From the IMG/VR virus record IMGVR_UViG_3300020477_001475, positions 32,001 through 96,000 of that record: a DNA stretch of 64,000 nt. The stretch is one strand, 5' to 3'. Shown in pieces: positions 36,981 through 47,883 of the stretch (position 1 is its first letter; every line of letters begins with the position of its first letter). The position numbers were made by a program, and so were the translations under genes. The notes beneath the pieces were generated by a model. That model did no database searches. It was not told the DNA's origin and was given only the letters and a program-made list of their open reading frames with translations. This stretch comes from a virus.

Positions 36981-37783
36981 GTATAAATTCCTTTTTGCAT
37001 ATTCCTTCTAGTTTCAAGACCACCACAATGATAACTTATAGCATCCAATGATTTTGTTATTTCTACACCACCGAGTTTACATCTATCAAAAAAATCTGTA
37101 TCACCTGTTATATTATATTGATTTAAAATTTTATTCATAGGTCCAAATCTATCCCATACATCTTTTGGTACTAAAAAAGGCATAGCATCTAACCTATGAC
37201 CGTACTCACCACCTTTACCCAAAGTTTCATGATATAAACCTGGGATAGTTTCAAAAACTAATTTGTCAGTTTCCATTTCATTACAATAATCTACAAAACC
37301 ATCTTCATTGAACCCCCCATCAGTAGTTGTTCCAAAATTCCTAGCTGTATGTAAAGTCGGTATAGTACCAGGTTCTATTAATTTACAATTGACTATTCTA
37401 TTAGATTTACCATGTTTTACCAAATTCTTCAACCAATTTTTATGAAATGCATGATCTGTAGCTATTGGACATATATAATCAGCTCCGTGTTCAAATCCTA
37501 TCGTATACCCATAATTCCAACCTTTATATAGATTCCATAAAAATCCTTTACCTTCGTCATATTCCATATCAACATATTTAAAATTATTCTTGTCCAACCA
37601 TTCATATGTATGTTTCGGAGTTTTCCAACATATAAATACTATATCACAATCTTCTTCTGGTAATCCTATATTTTTCAAGGCACCATATTTACCATTAATG
37701 GCAAATTCTGCCATATCGATAGCACCACCTATTTGACAATACATTACAACCTTTGGTTTATTCCATTTTTTATCATAAAACAT
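36977..37783 (-). CDS. GT-A fold glycosyltransferase-like protein
   Basis: LYKGWNYG, ATDHAF, GDTDFFDR, ISYH; cluster context. Confidence 0.55.
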   Translation of the reverse strand: MFYDKKWNKPKVVMYCQIGGAIDMAEFAINGKYGALKNIGLPEEDCDIVFICWKTPKHTYEWLDKNNFKYVDMEYDEGKGFLWNLYKGWNYGYTIGFEHGADYICPIATDHAFHKNWLKNLVKHGKSNRIVNCKLIEPGTIPTLHTARNFGTTTDGGFNEDGFVDYCNEMETDKLVFETIPGLYHETLGKGGEYGHRLDAMPFLVPKDVWDRFGPMNKILNQYNITGDTDFFDRCKLGGVEITKSLDAISYHCGGLETRRNMQKGIYT

Positions 37784-37784
37784 A

Positions 37785-38441
37785 CTATTCTTCTCCTCTC
37801 ACAAATCTTTTTTTCACTAATGATTTTGATACATCCAACAAAATAGATTCTTCCCATTTTAAAAAAGAAACATCAGACAATTTTCCAAGATCATAATCAG
37901 GATTATGTTCTGGTTCAGGTGATAACCTTTTCACCAAAACTTCATTAACCAACCATTTTCTATTATGATATTCATGATTGTGTGTTTTCCATCTACTACC
38001 ACCACCTCTATACTCAATTTCATCCTTTTCATAATGAGCAATATCAGCTTCTTTAAGCCTTAACATATAATCAGAATCTTCATAACCACCACCCACATAA
38101 TTTTCATCAAGAAATCCAACTTGTTGTATAAGTTGCTTTTTAAACCCAAAAAATGCAAATCTCCATAAACCAACAAACCCATAACCATCATCCAATAAAT
38201 TTAAAGTTCTTTCGATTTGCTCATAATTTGGTTTACATCTATCGGAACAAATTATAACTATTTCAGTATCGGTCATTAATATAGAATCATTTATAAGTTT
38301 AGAGAAGCTAGGATAATTAGATCCATCTTTTCTAAGAACCATTTTTTCATCTATACCCAAAGAAATAATATGATTGTAAATTGGATCAGAGTGCGTAGGT
38401 TCACAAGATGGTATAACTATTGTAAAATCTTTTCTATCCAC
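37785..38441 (-). CDS. GT2-like glycosyltransferase
   Basis: FSKLIN, VGFLDENYVGGGYEDSDYMLR. Confidence 0.75.
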   Translation of the reverse strand: MDRKDFTIVIPSCEPTHSDPIYNHIISLGIDEKMVLRKDGSNYPSFSKLINDSILMTDTEIVIICSDRCKPNYEQIERTLNLLDDGYGFVGLWRFAFFGFKKQLIQQVGFLDENYVGGGYEDSDYMLRLKEADIAHYEKDEIEYRGGGSRWKTHNHEYHNRKWLVNEVLVKRLSPEPEHNPDYDLGKLSDVSFLKWEESILLDVSKSLVKKRFVRGEE

Positions 38442-38446
38442 TTTCC

Positions 38447-39697
38447 TTATACTCCCACAAAATTTTTCAATTCTAAATGACTATCCACTATTTGCATTTC
38501 TGGAAAAGCTACTATATATCTATAACCTCTACCATTTAACTTTTCAATAATCATTTTAGAAAAATTCCAAGCAAAAATAAAAATATAATCTGGTTTTTCA
38601 TTATCGTTATCTAAATGTTCTTTACTGACAATAGGTACGTGAGTTCCTGCTATATATCTATCAATTCTTTCTGGTGATTCATCTACTATGTAGTCAACCA
38701 TATCAGTCGTAATACCTGCCAAATTACAAAGCATTGTTGCCCTACCAGATGCACCATAACCCACAATTTTCATATCTTGACTCTTTAAATCTTCCAATGT
38801 TTCTTTAATAACTTCAATATGTTGATTGACTTTTTTACCAAATGATGTAAAATATTCCAATGATGTTATTTCCCAATCATCTCTTTCAAGATATAACCTA
38901 CCAGACACTTTTTTATTTAATTTTTCTTGTGAATTTTTAACTAAAACTCTAATACTTCCCGCGTGTATGGGTATTTCTTCAAAATCTACAACAGTCATAT
39001 CGTATTTTTTAAATAAGTTATACAAAGCAGTCAACGAATAATAATAAAGATGTTCGTGATAAATATTATCATATTGCAATTTTTCAATCAATGGTTTAAC
39101 ATAATGAACTTCTATTTGAAAATAACCATCTTCCTTTAGTGTCTTTTTAACACCTTTAACAATAGATTGTATGTCGTCTATATGTGCAAAACAATTATTT
39201 GATATTACAAAATCAAACCTATTTTCAAATTCAAATTTACCAACAAATTCTTCATTGAAATATTCATTATATACATTACAACCCTTCGATTCGGCTATTT
39301 CACATATATTAACTGCTGGATCAACTCCCACCGCATCAATACCCAAATCCATTAAGGGTTTTAATAAAACACCATCATTAGAACCAATTTCCAAAACATT
39401 TTTTGGGTTAAATTTACTTTTTATATTCTTAGCTACATCAGAAAAATGATTAGATAAACCAATAGATGACATATAACGATAATCTTCAAATAATACATCA
39501 GCATCTACTATACTGTCAGTTTGCAATAAGCTACATTTTTCACAAAATTGAATATTCAAATTATACTTCTTATCATTTTTTAGTCCTTCTTTATCCAAAA
39601 AATCTCCAGCTAACGGTACATTACCATATTCCATTATAGTGTGTAAATTTTTATTATCACACACTGCGCATCGTGTTCTTGTCTTGTATTCATTCAT
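38447..39697 (-). CDS. NDP-hexose C-methyltransferase
   Basis: N-terminal CAVC/CEKC zinc site, EIGSNDG, YHEH, HAGSIR, GYGASGR, FAWNF. Confidence 0.88.
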   Translation of the reverse strand: MNEYKTRTRCAVCDNKNLHTIMEYGNVPLAGDFLDKEGLKNDKKYNLNIQFCEKCSLLQTDSIVDADVLFEDYRYMSSIGLSNHFSDVAKNIKSKFNPKNVLEIGSNDGVLLKPLMDLGIDAVGVDPAVNICEIAESKGCNVYNEYFNEEFVGKFEFENRFDFVISNNCFAHIDDIQSIVKGVKKTLKEDGYFQIEVHYVKPLIEKLQYDNIYHEHLYYYSLTALYNLFKKYDMTVVDFEEIPIHAGSIRVLVKNSQEKLNKKVSGRLYLERDDWEITSLEYFTSFGKKVNQHIEVIKETLEDLKSQDMKIVGYGASGRATMLCNLAGITTDMVDYIVDESPERIDRYIAGTHVPIVSKEHLDNDNEKPDYIFIFAWNFSKMIIEKLNGRGYRYIVAFPEMQIVDSHLELKNFVGV

Positions 39698-40346
39698 AAT
39701 AAGCTCCTGTTATATAAACCTTTTTACCATTTTTATCTTTTATATATGCATTGGGAAAAGGATCCCGTAACATTCTTATTTTATTGTAAATATATTCAGC
39801 TGATTTAGTAGTTATTTCTTCCAATGTTATTTCAGATTCATGTGGCTTCCTTCTTGGAAAATATGTCATATCATCTTCATTTTGTTTAATAAAATTATAT
39901 CCATTTTTTAAAAAATCACATGTACCAGAAAAACCTAATTCAAACATCCTATCTAAAATATCTTCTATATCACCAGACAATGACATTGGCAATTGTCTTA
40001 TAATATCACCCGAATCAATTTGACCATTCATTTTAAAAATAGTTACCGCACTCATTTTTTCATTTCTTATTATTTGATTTTGCAGTGGAGTTCCTCCCCT
40101 GTATTTAGGTAAAAGTGATGGATGCAAGCAAATACAATCATATTTATCAACTAAATGATCAGGTATCATCCAACTCCAACCATACCACAATATAATATCA
40201 GGTTTAAATTTTGTTATAATATCTTCCGAGTAAGATTTTTTATTTCGTATTATCTTAAAATTATATTCTGGTAATGAATTTTCTAACATATCATATATTT
40301 TACATGCCCAATTTCTATATGTTACACATAATATATTTTTTATCAT
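39690..40346 (-). CDS. Formyltransferase (sugar N-formyltransferase/Fmt family)
   Basis: LHPSLLPKYRGGTP, IDSGDI, IRMLRDPFPNA. Confidence 0.85.
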   Translation of the reverse strand: MIKNILCVTYRNWACKIYDMLENSLPEYNFKIIRNKKSYSEDIITKFKPDIILWYGWSWMIPDHLVDKYDCICLHPSLLPKYRGGTPLQNQIIRNEKMSAVTIFKMNGQIDSGDIIRQLPMSLSGDIEDILDRMFELGFSGTCDFLKNGYNFIKQNEDDMTYFPRRKPHESEITLEEITTKSAEYIYNKIRMLRDPFPNAYIKDKNGKKVYITGAYYE

Positions 40347-41251
40347 GGTAATAACCTTGTTTGTGACGCGTCATATCTAGGAATCATCAATGGATCAAAA
40401 CTAATAGAATCCAATGTTTCTTGTTTTGTGGTGAATGCCAAATCATATTCATATTTTGACATACATTTCAATGTATCATTGTTATAACCACCATTGGGAT
40501 ATGCAAAAGTACGATACCCATTATAAAAATTATTAACAAATTCAATAGATTTAAATATTTCATTATCCAATCTTGCATCAGACATATTAGATAAATCTTC
40601 GGAAATATAACCGTGTCCACCAATATACATACCATTATTAACTAATTCAACAATATGATCAGTATTCAAATAAAATTTATCACATAAATCCTTTTCATCA
40701 GTTGTAACATAATCTTTAAATAATTGATTAGCCAATCTTTTACCACTAGAATGATTCCTCAATATATTAGTAACAAAAACCATTTCAGGTGACCACCAAT
40801 TATCTTTCCATTTGGATACAGAATAAATATCCCACAACTTATCGTCACCCAATTCATCAATTATAAGAGATGTAAGTTTTTTTTCATCAACCAAAGCTAA
40901 AATAAATTGTATTTTATTGGACAAAAGAATTTTCCTTCTGGTTACAGCTTCACATGGTATAAAAAAAGTACCATTAATTTTTTTATCAATCAAAATATCT
41001 AATATATCATAATGGTCTAAAAGTCCATCATCAAATGTAAGTATGGAATAATTACCCTTATCATTTTTATCCAATTCTAAAAATTGAGATGTAGATATAA
41101 TATCACTTTCATTTTTGATAAAATCTATTTGTTTGATAAACTTATTTCTAGTAATATATGACTTCAATTCATATCTTTTATGAAATAACCTACCAAAGTC
41201 ACTATCTTTATGATTTCTTATATCATGATACATGAAACTTTTTACTAACAT
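40343..41251 (-). CDS. Polysaccharide deacetylase (NodB/CE4)
   Basis: MYH, LTFDDG, IGGHG, FAYPNG, IPR. Confidence 0.85.
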   Translation of the reverse strand: MLVKSFMYHDIRNHKDSDFGRLFHKRYELKSYITRNKFIKQIDFIKNESDIISTSQFLELDKNDKGNYSILTFDDGLLDHYDILDILIDKKINGTFFIPCEAVTRRKILLSNKIQFILALVDEKKLTSLIIDELGDDKLWDIYSVSKWKDNWWSPEMVFVTNILRNHSSGKRLANQLFKDYVTTDEKDLCDKFYLNTDHIVELVNNGMYIGGHGYISEDLSNMSDARLDNEIFKSIEFVNNFYNGYRTFAYPNGGYNNDTLKCMSKYEYDLAFTTKQETLDSISFDPLMIPRYDASQTRLLP

Positions 41252-41253
41252 AA

Positions 41254-42012
41254 TTAAGCGTCCTTTTCTCCTTCAATAATATGATATACAATTGAATCGA
41301 ATATAGTTATATGTTTCATACCAAACATTTTTTCCAATTTTTCATAAAATAAAAATGTATCACTGGTTTTATAAACTTCCCTATCATTTGGATAACCTAC
41401 AGAAATAGTACCATCAGTTTCAAGAAATACATTACCTTCTGGATACCCGCCAGATTCAATAAATCTGGATTTTTCAAAAACAGGTGAACAAAATATACCA
41501 CCCGTATGAACTTCATTTCTTTCTATTGTATTTGCAAATTCATACCAACCATCAAATTCAAATCCATTGGGATGTCTACCAAAATCATTATTTCCCATAT
41601 TTATACAATGTTTTCCTGAAGCCATTTTACCACTTTCAACAGTTCTACTGCATGGAATATTTGCACCATCATGATGTTTTAATAAATTTGACAGCCAATT
41701 TTTACTAATAACATTATCAGAATTTAATAAACAAACATTATCATATTCACTAGAAAATACCGCATGATTAAAAGCTTTATATACTCTATTTAAATAAAAT
41801 TCATTTGGGTCTAAATTATTAAAAATTGTATAATTTATATCTAATTTTTTAAGTTCGTTAATAACTTCTTCAGTTGCATCATTAGCAACTATACGTATAC
41901 CTACTTCCCAACCATCCGCTTTACACATATCACTTTTCAATTGATCATATATAAAATGTAAATATTGGACAGATTTAAAAATTAATGATACTATTTCTAT
42001 ATTTTTTTTCAT
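41254..42012 (-). CDS. GT-A fold glycosyltransferase-like protein
   Basis: VYKAFN, LLNSDN...NWLSNL, GGYPEG, IVYH. Confidence 0.65.
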   Translation of the reverse strand: MKKNIEIVSLIFKSVQYLHFIYDQLKSDMCKADGWEVGIRIVANDATEEVINELKKLDINYTIFNNLDPNEFYLNRVYKAFNHAVFSSEYDNVCLLNSDNVISKNWLSNLLKHHDGANIPCSRTVESGKMASGKHCINMGNNDFGRHPNGFEFDGWYEFANTIERNEVHTGGIFCSPVFEKSRFIESGGYPEGNVFLETDGTISVGYPNDREVYKTSDTFLFYEKLEKMFGMKHITIFDSIVYHIIEGEKDA

Positions 42013-42650
42013 TTATTAACAACCCTAAAAATATACCATTCAAATGAAAATGGATCATCAAACCAAAAAGGACCACTTTCTTCAATAAGCTTTTTATCAG
42101 TCAAATTTATCATAGATTTCATTTTATCGGAAGAATAAAAATATAACATACTCCTATTGATATCATTTATAATTAATTCTGATAAAACTGTTTTTTTAGG
42201 ATTCAAAGAAGCAAATTGGAAACTAAAGATACCATCATCTTTAATATTAACATCATCTATAATCCTAATAACTTCTTCTTCATGATTATGTTGTATACAT
42301 AAATGTGAAAAGGCTATATCAACAGGTTCAATTTTATTTATATCATCAGTCAAATATAATTCATCATAAAAATTCTTTGATATTTCCAAAGATTTTGAAG
42401 AAATATCAACACCAATAATCTTATTAACTCGTGATTTAATCCCAACACCTGATGCACCACCACCTATACCTATATCAAGAAAACTTTTATTTTTATCTAT
42501 ATTTAACCCATGATATTTTTGAATATTATCTTCAAAATAATTATTATTGATAGTTCCTGTGACAAAACTATCTTTATCATAATCATTATCAGAATCTATA
42601 GTAGAATGTTTTGAATCCCAATCCAATTGTTTATATTTTTTATATATCAT
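42009..42650 (-). CDS. Class I SAM-dependent methyltransferase
   Basis: FLDIGIGGG, IGVDIS, HLCIQH. Confidence 0.78.
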   Translation of the reverse strand: MIYKKYKQLDWDSKHSTIDSDNDYDKDSFVTGTINNNYFEDNIQKYHGLNIDKNKSFLDIGIGGGASGVGIKSRVNKIIGVDISSKSLEISKNFYDELYLTDDINKIEPVDIAFSHLCIQHNHEEEVIRIIDDVNIKDDGIFSFQFASLNPKKTVLSELIINDINRSMLYFYSSDKMKSMINLTDKKLIEESGPFWFDDPFSFEWYIFRVVNK

Positions 42651-43447
42651 AAATCTAAACTCCTTAACCCAGTCAAAGGATATACACTTTTCAATGCATC
42701 TTTATTTATTGGATTTTCATTATCTTCTATAACAAACCATTCTGGTAATATACCTTCAGGTAATTTTTGAACATTTAAAGTATTTTCGTCAATTAATCTA
42801 TCCAAATTCCAGCCAGATTGTCCTCTATCTTTATATATTTGATATCTATCCATAATTTGTTTATCTGTAGAAAATCCTTTATGAATTAAATTAATATCTT
42901 TAGCCAATAATATATTTGATAAACCTATAGGATATTGTTGGCTGTGTAATCCAGAATTTTCTGGAAATGAAATATTGCCATTATTTTTCCAAAAAGCCAC
43001 AACTTTCTGATGTAACCAATGATATTCATTATCTGTCCTATAATATAAATCACTTCTCCACAAATTATAATGACCAACAGCTAAACCATCAGCTTTATCA
43101 TCATTGGAAACTTTTTTCAAAAAATCATATAAATTATTTTTATTCAATGCATTATTACTCAATAATGTATCTCCATCCATCCAATAAATCCAATCTACAT
43201 CAGGATGATCCTTTAATAACTTTTCTAATAATATTTTTTTACACTTTATTTCATTTTTAAAATCATTTATAGATGATTCAATAACAACAACATTATCATA
43301 ATTCTTATAATAATCCAAACTACCATCATCCGAATTTTGATCATAAATGTAAATAAAATCACATATAGACTGCATACATTTAAACCAATTTTCTAAATTA
43401 CCTTTTGATAATTCATTTCTCAATTGTGTAAAGCCAATTAATTTCAT
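42647..43447 (-). CDS. GT2-like glycosyltransferase
   Basis: RNE, IYDQNSDDGS, WIYWMDGD, LIHKG. Confidence 0.72.
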   Translation of the reverse strand: MKLIGFTQLRNELSKGNLENWFKCMQSICDFIYIYDQNSDDGSLDYYKNYDNVVVIESSINDFKNEIKCKKILLEKLLKDHPDVDWIYWMDGDTLLSNNALNKNNLYDFLKKVSNDDKADGLAVGHYNLWRSDLYYRTDNEYHWLHQKVVAFWKNNGNISFPENSGLHSQQYPIGLSNILLAKDINLIHKGFSTDKQIMDRYQIYKDRGQSGWNLDRLIDENTLNVQKLPEGILPEWFVIEDNENPINKDALKSVYPLTGLRSLDL

Positions 43448-44535
43448 ATGATTCTACCTTTCAATATAGATATTATTTTATCTGATGCGTCACCATCACC
43501 TAACCATTCACTATTTCTATCAGACCCATTAAAATAATTTTCTAACCATTCAAATGACTTTTCTATATGTTCATCATTTGGATCACCATTTACCCATCTT
43601 TGAGCAGTGAACATAAAACTATTCCCATTTTTAACCGATTCTGGTCTTTCAGTAAAACTTCTAGGAACTATAACAGGAATATCCAACAAAGCAGGTTCCT
43701 CTTGTGCAGTTCCGCTATCACTAATAATAAATAAACTTTGTTGCTGGAAATTTATAAAATCCTTATAACCCATTAAATCAACTAATTCTATAGACCCCAA
43801 ATCTAATTTATATTCATTTATATAATCCAATGTTCTACCAAATTTCAACATCTTAACAGGTAAATTAAATTTATCAGAACATTGGTTAGCATAATCCAAT
43901 ATTACTTCCATCCTACCCTTATACTTAAAATTTTCTGGTCTATGTATGTCCATACATATGTGTTTAGAATCACCATCATATTTTTCAAAATCAATAGAAT
44001 TTAAAGCTTCAACGATAGTGTTACCAACTACAAATATTTTTTTAGAATTTATATTTTCCTTTAAAGCCTTTTCTTTATAATTTTCATGATATACAAATAA
44101 ATAATCACTTACATGATCACAAGCTTTTCTATTTATTTCTTCTAACATTCTTTCATCATAACTTCTCATACCGGCTTCTATATGCCCTATCTTATAACCT
44201 TCTTTTTTAAGTGGTAGTGAAGCTAAAACTGAATTACTATCTCCCAAAAATAAAACTATATCAGGTTTTATATCTTCCGATTCAAACAATTCAATTATTT
44301 TTACACCCAATTCGGCTTGTTGATGATAATGCTGTTTACCACCACCACCTATACCCAAATTATAATCAGGTTTTCTTATGTTTAAATCTTTAAAAAAAAC
44401 ATCAGATAATAAATTATCATAATGTTGTCCTGTATGAATTAAGATGTGATTAAAATTCTTATCTAACTTTTTAAATATTTCACACATTCTAATGAAATCT
44501 GGTCTTATTCCAGTGATTGTAACAATTGTCTTCAT
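43444..44535 (-). CDS. wecB: UDP-N-acetylglucosamine 2-epimerase (non-hydrolysing)
   Basis: GIRPDFI, HTGQHYD, HIEAGMRS, EEINR, HRPEN, SDSGTAQEE, TERPE. Confidence 0.92.
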   Translation of the reverse strand: MKTIVTITGIRPDFIRMCEIFKKLDKNFNHILIHTGQHYDNLLSDVFFKDLNIRKPDYNLGIGGGGKQHYHQQAELGVKIIELFESEDIKPDIVLFLGDSNSVLASLPLKKEGYKIGHIEAGMRSYDERMLEEINRKACDHVSDYLFVYHENYKEKALKENINSKKIFVVGNTIVEALNSIDFEKYDGDSKHICMDIHRPENFKYKGRMEVILDYANQCSDKFNLPVKMLKFGRTLDYINEYKLDLGSIELVDLMGYKDFINFQQQSLFIISDSGTAQEEPALLDIPVIVPRSFTERPESVKNGNSFMFTAQRWVNGDPNDEHIEKSFEWLENYFNGSDRNSEWLGDGDASDKIISILKGRII

Positions 44536-44536
44536 A

Positions 44537-45421
44537 TCAATTTAAAATCCTTTTAATTTGTTCAGTTATATAAGATGGATGTCCCAAATAATTATCTTTA
44601 TTGAGATAATTATTAATTTTACACACTTCTTTTGCTCCAGCATACCAATGAATACCTATAGTATTTTTTGGAATAAATCCATCAAAAGGTTCAAATAGTT
44701 GATGTATTAATCTCCAATCATAAGGATAAACAGTATCAGTATCCAAATTAACTACACCATCATAAACATCTCGTATCAGTAAATACTTGTAAGAAACATT
44801 TAATAAATCAGCTCCAGCTGATTGATAATTAGAATTAACAGTTCCCATGGAATCATTATATATATCCCAAAATAATTGATTATTACCAGATGACATTAAA
44901 AACCCAATAGCATGTGATTGAACTAAGTAACGTTCTGTATTCGTTTGAAAACAATCACAAATTACAGATTTAATATTTCTATTTTGATATGTATTTAAAT
45001 AAATTTCATTCATTGGTTTCGTGTATATTATATCAAAATCAGACCAAACTCCACCTATATCAGCTAAAAGATACCATCTGTATATGTCAGATTTTTGAAC
45101 TGTTGTTAAATTTAATTCGATATCATTTAAATCCAATTCAAATTCAAAAATATTAATGTTATCATATTTATCACAATATTCCAACATGTCTCCATAATAA
45201 TTTTCACCACTAAAAGATAATCCATGCTCACCAGTGGACCATTTAGGATTTAATGTATCATTTGTATCAGCTGGTATATGTATTCTTATTTCCCAATTAG
45301 GATTAAGTTTATGAAAAGATAATATGGTCATATATCTCAAAAATGAAAAATCTTTTTTACCACCCCAATATAAATGTAATATTTCAGGTATATTTTCTAA
45401 TTTCCAACTATTTTTTCCCAT
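44537..45421 (-). CDS. DXD-motif glycosyltransferase (GT32/OCH1-like)
   Basis: IPEILHLYW, KSDIYRW, GGVWSDFD, IGIHWY. Confidence 0.8.
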   Translation of the reverse strand: MGKNSWKLENIPEILHLYWGGKKDFSFLRYMTILSFHKLNPNWEIRIHIPADTNDTLNPKWSTGEHGLSFSGENYYGDMLEYCDKYDNINIFEFELDLNDIELNLTTVQKSDIYRWYLLADIGGVWSDFDIIYTKPMNEIYLNTYQNRNIKSVICDCFQTNTERYLVQSHAIGFLMSSGNNQLFWDIYNDSMGTVNSNYQSAGADLLNVSYKYLLIRDVYDGVVNLDTDTVYPYDWRLIHQLFEPFDGFIPKNTIGIHWYAGAKEVCKINNYLNKDNYLGHPSYITEQIKRILN

Positions 45422-46254
45422 ATAACCTCTCTATTTAATTTTTCTGACTTATAAGGCATTGTATTAAAAGCTTTGCCGGAACCATTATTCCATATTTTTT
45501 CCAAAAGAAGTCTATTTCTAGTAACATCTTCTACTTTATCATCCCATGATGCATAATGAACATCCCCATGCCATTGGTGAAATACAACCAAGTCGTCTAT
45601 TATTTTAATTTTCATATTTTTAGCTCTTATCCTAAAAACCAAATCATCATCATCATAAGAACAACCAAAAGCGAATCTTTCATCAAAACCACCAATATCT
45701 ACAAAATCTTTTCTAGTAATAGCTGTACACCAATGAAAAGCTTTTGGTCTATAAACACTATGATTATAAAATGCCAATTCGTTACCATTATCTGGATTTG
45801 GATTATTATCACATGACCATGGATTTAAACTTATATCATCCAATTCACCATTACCTAATTTATCTGTAGTTTCTTTGTTTAAAGCGTAAACAGCTGTCGA
45901 TATATATTCATTTTCAACTAAATTTTTATCTACATATGAACATATATCAGAAGTATGAAAACATTCAGGATTTTGAATTATAATAGCATCACCAGTAGAA
46001 TTAGCTAATGCAATATTATAAGGTATACAGGGATTCAGCCACCATTTATTATGATTCTCTATTTTAATAACTTTTATATCTAAATCAAAATATTCCTTTA
46101 TATCACTTAAATCATGTTCTGAATTACTACCATCATCCACTATAACAATTTCTAATTTATCAACAACTTCAGATTGTGATATAGATTGCAATGTATTAAA
46201 CAACAACTTCCTTCTATTATAATAAGACATTACTATTGATATCTTTTTATACAT
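45397..46254 (-). CDS. GT2 glycosyltransferase
   Basis: ISIVMSYYNR, IVDDGS, GGFDERF...YDDDD, HQWH. Confidence 0.88.
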   Translation of the reverse strand: MYKKISIVMSYYNRRKLLFNTLQSISQSEVVDKLEIVIVDDGSNSEHDLSDIKEYFDLDIKVIKIENHNKWWLNPCIPYNIALANSTGDAIIIQNPECFHTSDICSYVDKNLVENEYISTAVYALNKETTDKLGNGELDDISLNPWSCDNNPNPDNGNELAFYNHSVYRPKAFHWCTAITRKDFVDIGGFDERFAFGCSYDDDDLVFRIRAKNMKIKIIDDLVVFHQWHGDVHYASWDDKVEDVTRNRLLLEKIWNNGSGKAFNTMPYKSEKLNREVIWEKIVGN

Positions 46255-46887
46255 CTATAAACCACCTACTATTTCAGAGTAAAAATTATTTTGTTTTTCT
46301 TGTTTATTTATATCTTTAGGATGATATATTGAAAATTCTTCTTGTGCTGGTAACTCTGTATATTCTTCGAAGCCCACCAACATTTCATGAACTGGTCTTT
46401 CCCATCTGATATTTGGTCTGTTTTTCCATATTCTACCTTGCCAATCAGGAAAATTTATCCAACCACTACCATTAACATGCCATTTCCAATGATTTATATG
46501 TTCATCAGTCAACCCATCTACAGTATTAATTCTGGGTACCCAATATAAATCTATCGTAGGATTAATTTTCAATATTGATTTTATATTTGTTATTAATTGT
46601 TTATGTGGCATTTCATCTGCATCTATATTGAAAATATAATCACCCGAACACATACGAGTCAAGTGATTTTTTTGTCCAGCGTAATCTTTTAACAAATGTC
46701 TTTGCTCAAATTTAATTTCATGAATAGAACACATAGTATCAAGAATTTCTTTTGTCTTTTCATTATCTGAATAATCATCTAGAATTACAATTTCATCTTC
46801 TTCATCTTTATGTTTAACAAGAAACTCTATTAGTTTTAATAGAGAATCAGTTTCGTTGTGTGTTAATATACTATAACTAATTTTCAT
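46255..46887 (-). CDS. GT2 glycosyltransferase
   Basis: THNE, ILDDYS, IFNIDADE, VPRIN, PDWQGR, VHE. Confidence 0.85.
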   Translation of the reverse strand: MKISYSILTHNETDSLLKLIEFLVKHKDEEDEIVILDDYSDNEKTKEILDTMCSIHEIKFEQRHLLKDYAGQKNHLTRMCSGDYIFNIDADEMPHKQLITNIKSILKINPTIDLYWVPRINTVDGLTDEHINHWKWHVNGSGWINFPDWQGRIWKNRPNIRWERPVHEMLVGFEEYTELPAQEEFSIYHPKDINKQEKQNNFYSEIVGGL

Positions 46888-47444
46888 TATTTTAATAACC
46901 CATCCAAATTTAATTCTAAAACTCTTATATTTTTAATTTTATCCATAGAATAAGTTCTATATATATCCCATCTGTTAACAAACTTTTTTAATACTTTATC
47001 ATATAACATTTTCATCTGCCTTTTGGATTCAGATAAAGACATGGGATTTCCTTCTCTTTCCATTTTAAAAACAGGTAAATGTATACGACTAAATTCTTTC
47101 TTCAATAAATTTCTATTAGGCAATTGATCATCGGTATCCACAGAAGAATCTTGATCTTCAATTCTAACAACATTTTGATTTTTTGTAGTATAAACACCAG
47201 ACCCTCTTTGTAATTTAACCATAACTCTCTTAATTTCATTTTCTGTCATATAGTTTAAATTTATACCATGTATTAATTTGGAGTTTAAATCTCTGTGTAA
47301 TACGATTACCATGGGTTTAATATCCGAAGCATTTGGAGATTTATACATAAATTCAACAAACATACCAGGAAGTATTGCCTTTACGCCAGCTGGTTGTCTA
47401 CCTTGAATTCTTCTTCTATGATTGTATGTGGTTTTCTTCGGCAT
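46887..47444 (-). CDS. Hypothetical protein, possible distant T4 gp2-like DNA end protector
   Basis: PG.F..F.Y...P.V...GINLNY...YRTY pattern; weak. Confidence 0.35.
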   Translation of the reverse strand: MPKKTTYNHRRRIQGRQPAGVKAILPGMFVEFMYKSPNASDIKPMVIVLHRDLNSKLIHGINLNYMTENEIKRVMVKLQRGSGVYTTKNQNVVRIEDQDSSVDTDDQLPNRNLLKKEFSRIHLPVFKMEREGNPMSLSESKRQMKMLYDKVLKKFVNRWDIYRTYSMDKIKNIRVLELNLDGLLK

Positions 47445-47883
47445 TAACTTTATTTATTTCAATAAGAATTTGATAAAAATAATCCTTTATTATTTGATTA
47501 TCTATATCATACCTCTGTTTATAATAACTACCATCGGGTTTAGTATATTTTTCCCTATCTTCTTCCGATACATCCACCAATGGTGCAAATGCCCATTTCA
47601 TTTTCCATGGTACTTCTTCATCTTCGATGGGATAAACTAAACCATAATTTAAACTTAATATAGATGGTATCCATATACGTTTATCTAAATAAACAGACCA
47701 TTTTTGAATTTTTTCATCTAATGTTTTAAATTTTTTACATTTTTTAGGATGATTTTTAAGTTCATGCGTAGTTGAATAACCACAATACAAACACTGCATC
47801 AATTCAGCTGGAGGATTATTTTCTACAGTAAGACTTTCTTTATCACATAAAAAGCATGTTGTTTTTATTGTAAAATCTTTCAT
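47416..47883 (-). CDS. Zinc-finger hypothetical protein
   Basis: CFLC and CLYCGY pairs. Confidence 0.6.
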   Translation of the reverse strand: MKDFTIKTTCFLCDKESLTVENNPPAELMQCLYCGYSTTHELKNHPKKCKKFKTLDEKIQKWSVYLDKRIWIPSILSLNYGLVYPIEDEEVPWKMKWAFAPLVDVSEEDREKYTKPDGSYYKQRYDIDNQIIKDYFYQILIEINKVNAEENHIQS